57,086 bases of DNA from Silvanigrellaceae bacterium (GTDB lineage Bacteria > Bdellovibrionota_B > Oligoflexia > Silvanigrellales > Silvanigrellaceae), in assembly GCA_044356935.1 (NCBI GenBank), contig JBIKVI010000001.1, positions 1 to 57,086 of the forward strand, in the 5' to 3' direction. A program made the position numbers and the translations under genes. Under the pieces are notes generated by a model that did not search any database, was not told the DNA's origin, and saw only the letters and a list, made by a program, of their open reading frames with translations. This document shows positions 55,040 through 57,086 of the stretch, piece by piece; within the stretch, counting starts at the first letter, position 1, and each line of letters begins with the position of its first letter.

Positions 55040-56148
55040 CGCGACTCCGCCAGGGAGGCGACCACGCGCCGTCCGGCGTCACCGAGGCCATAGAGGCCCT
55101 CGCGCGCGCGGAAGGGAGCGCCCAGCCGTTCGCGCACGCGCGAAACGATGGCCTCGGTGTCGGCACCCACGAGCACGTTCGCACCCGCGTCCACCGTTTC
55201 CACCCATTCGGTTTCGTCGCGCAGGGTGACGCAGTGCTTATCGCAGAAGTAGGCCTCCTTCTGCACGCCGCCGCTGTCCGTGAGCACGAGCGCGCAGTTC
55301 TTGAGGAGCCACAGCATCTCGAAAAAGGGAACGGGATCCACCAGGTGAAGGCCCTCGCGGGGCATATCGGCGCGATCCTGGAGAATCTTGCGCGTGCGCG
55401 GATGCACCGGGAACACCACGGGCGTGCGGGCGCAGAGCTCGCGCAGCGCGGAGACGATAGACGCCACACGCGCGGGGTCGTCGGTGTTCTCCTGGCGGTG
55501 GAGCGTCAGGAGCAGGAAGCTCTCGGGTGCGAGTTTCATTTCGGAGCCAAATCGCGGCATCCGCGCTTTGTTACGGTAATGAAGGTTCGCGTCGTACATC
55601 ACGTCGCCCACGTCGAGGACAAGACGCGTTCCCGGGGCATCCACGAGGTTCTCGGTGGCGAGGTTTCGAACTGCCGTTTCCGTGGGGCAGTAAAGCCACG
55701 TGGAAACCCGGTCGGTGAGGATCCGATTCACCTCTTCGGGCATCCTCATGTTGAAGGATCGCAGACCCGCTTCCACATGCGCCACGGGAACATGCATTTT
55801 CACTGCGGCGAGCGCGCCGGCGAGCGTTGAGTTCGTGTCGCCGTAAGTGAGGACCGCGTCGGGGCGTTCCTTCTGGACGACGCTCTCGAAGGCCTCGAGC
55901 ATGCGTCCGGTCATGGCCCCGTGTGAGAGCCCAGCGATGCCGAGGTGGTGGCTCGGTCGGGGAATCTCCATTTCCTCGAAGAACACATCCGACATGTTCG
56001 CGTCGAAATGCTGACCGGTGTGGACGATGAGTTCTTCGAGGGCGGGCAAACCCGAAACACGCGCCGCGTTCCAATCGGCGATGGCGCGGGAAACGACGGC
56101 GGCTTTTACGAACTGGGGGCGGGCCCCGACGATAGTGAGGATTTTCAT
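55036..56148 (-). CDS. wecB: Non-hydrolysing UDP-N-acetylglucosamine 2-epimerase (WecB/FnlC/Cap5G-like)
   Basis: KILTIVGARPQFVKAAVV, HTGQHFDANMSDVFFEEMEIP, HVEAGLRSFNMRMPEEVNR. Confidence 0.9.
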   Translation of the reverse strand: MKILTIVGARPQFVKAAVVSRAIADWNAARVSGLPALEELIVHTGQHFDANMSDVFFEEMEIPRPSHHLGIAGLSHGAMTGRMLEAFESVVQKERPDAVLTYGDTNSTLAGALAAVKMHVPVAHVEAGLRSFNMRMPEEVNRILTDRVSTWLYCPTETAVRNLATENLVDAPGTRLVLDVGDVMYDANLHYRNKARMPRFGSEMKLAPESFLLLTLHRQENTDDPARVASIVSALRELCARTPVVFPVHPRTRKILQDRADMPREGLHLVDPVPFFEMLWLLKNCALVLTDSGGVQKEAYFCDKHCVTLRDETEWVETVDAGANVLVGADTEAIVSRVRERLGAPFRAREGLYGLGDAGRRVVASLAESR

Positions 56149-56226
56149 GCGTTGATGTTCCCTCTCGGGGAAAGTGTGGCGTTCATCGACTGCCTCTGCG
56201 CGGGGAGGAGGTCGCGACTCGTGACT

Positions 56227-57086
56227 TCATGCTGACGAATCAATCGCTCCGGGACACAACGTTTCACGGACTTTCGAGGCCCTCGTATTCCATGAGTGAT
56301 GCGACGAGATCAATCGCGCGCGCTTCGCCGCACTCACGATGCCCTTGGTCGTGATCTCATCGATGACTCCGGGAAGATCCCCCAAACTTCTCGCGTTCCA
56401 ACCGATCTGATTCTCCTGCACGAATCGCGAGATGGTGCCGGTTCCCAAAGAAAGTATCGGAAGTCCTTCCCCCAGGGCCTCGAAAAGTTTCAGCGGATAG
56501 GCGATCCTGAAATACTCGTTATCGGCGACCACGACGCATGCGATATCGCTCTGGGCATACAGGCGCACCAACTCTTCGCCATGGGCATGCACAACCTTCA
56601 CGCGTTCTTTCAGCTTAGAAACGAAGGACTTGTAGAAGTCGAACGACCGCAGCCACTCCTCTTGCCGAGTGACGATCGTCAACTCGAAACCGGGACGATC
56701 GCAGAGCACCTCCAAGAGGGGTCTCAGGTCGTAAAGGTCTGGATGGCAACCGCCAACGTAAATCATCTTCCATGGGGCCAGCTTTTCGGCGCTTGCGACA
56801 ACTGAACCCATCGAATTCAACGGCCCACAGCCGGGGTACCCGCCAGGGGGAAGCTCGACCACACGAGGAAACTTCACGTATCCTGGAAGAAAGCTCGCGA
56901 ACTCGAACGAAGGCACGAACAAAACGTCTGCCAAGGACGCAAATGAGAGCAGGTCGTAATGATAGAACAACGTCGCTACGAGACGCTTCGAGAAAGTGAC
57001 GTTGTTTCGGTACTGGGAAAAGCGCCAGTGCATATCCCGCAAAAACACGCCAACAGGAACACCCCTTCGCTTGAGCGATGCGAGAA
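56227..57086 (-). CDS. Glycosyltransferase-like protein (GT-B C-terminal half), 5' end outside the window
   Basis: The ORF stays open to the window edge. ...AYPLKLFEALGEGLPILS... is a GT1-like C-terminal pattern. Confidence 0.55.
   Translation of the reverse strand, partial: LASLKRRGVPVGVFLRDMHWRFSQYRNNVTFSKRLVATLFYHYDLLSFASLADVLFVPSFEFASFLPGYVKFPRVVELPPGGYPGCGPLNSMGSVVASAEKLAPWKMIYVGGCHPDLYDLRPLLEVLCDRPGFELTIVTRQEEWLRSFDFYKSFVSKLKERVKVVHAHGEELVRLYAQSDIACVVVADNEYFRIAYPLKLFEALGEGLPILSLGTGTISRFVQENQIGWNARSLGDLPGVIDEITTKGIVSAAKRARLISSHHSWNTRASKVRETLCPGAIDSSA

Noticed and set aside
1-57086. CRISPR arrays, rRNA/tRNA genes, prophage or integron structures
   Set aside because: I saw no regularly spaced direct repeats, no rRNA- or tRNA-like sequences, and no integrase, phage or attC-like features while reading both strands. 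The only mobile-element trace is the transposase remnant at 36373-37010.

Overview
GC-rich bacterial chromosomal window that is almost entirely one very large, composite surface-glycan (O-antigen, capsule or protein-glycosylation type) biosynthesis locus. No rRNA, tRNA or CRISPR array was found. Many genes are translationally coupled through ATGA, GTGA or TTGA start/stop overlaps. Left to right: (1) a WecA/MraY-type initiating transferase, an AlkP-like protein and a GT2; (2) a complete legionaminic-acid-type nonulosonic acid (NulO) operon (SDR dehydratase, LegC-type aminotransferase, NeuD/PglD-type acetyltransferase, NeuB, NeuC, CBS-nucleotidyltransferase, CMP-synthetase), followed by a HisF/HisH/PP-loop amidotransferase trio (acetamidino chemistry), two tandem AT3-SGNH O-acyltransferases and an MsbA/PglK-like ABC exporter; (3) a minus-strand operon with GTs, a hexapeptide acetyltransferase, a Wzy-like protein, a methyltransferase and two orphan proteins; (4) a scarred, mosaic region holding diverged partial duplicates of an SDR gene and of a 588-aa KpsS/KpsC-like gene, then a FabH-ACP-GNAT-deacetylase module fused, via a degraded transposase remnant and gene fragments, to a second NulO set (NeuC-NeuA-methyltransferase-NeuB); (5) an aminotransferase / PglC-like transferase / Wzy_C / PglF-like dehydratase module interrupted by an MNT-HEPN toxin-antitoxin remnant; (6) two convergent paralogous about 800-aa DUF2142-like polytopic membrane proteins; (7) GT1 genes and WecB. 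The most interesting candidates are the ACP-dependent acyl-remodelling module coupled to the second NulO pathway, the paralogous membrane-protein pair, and the recombination/IS scars that record erosion of repeated paralogous modules. All functional calls rest on motif recognition by eye and were not checked against any database.
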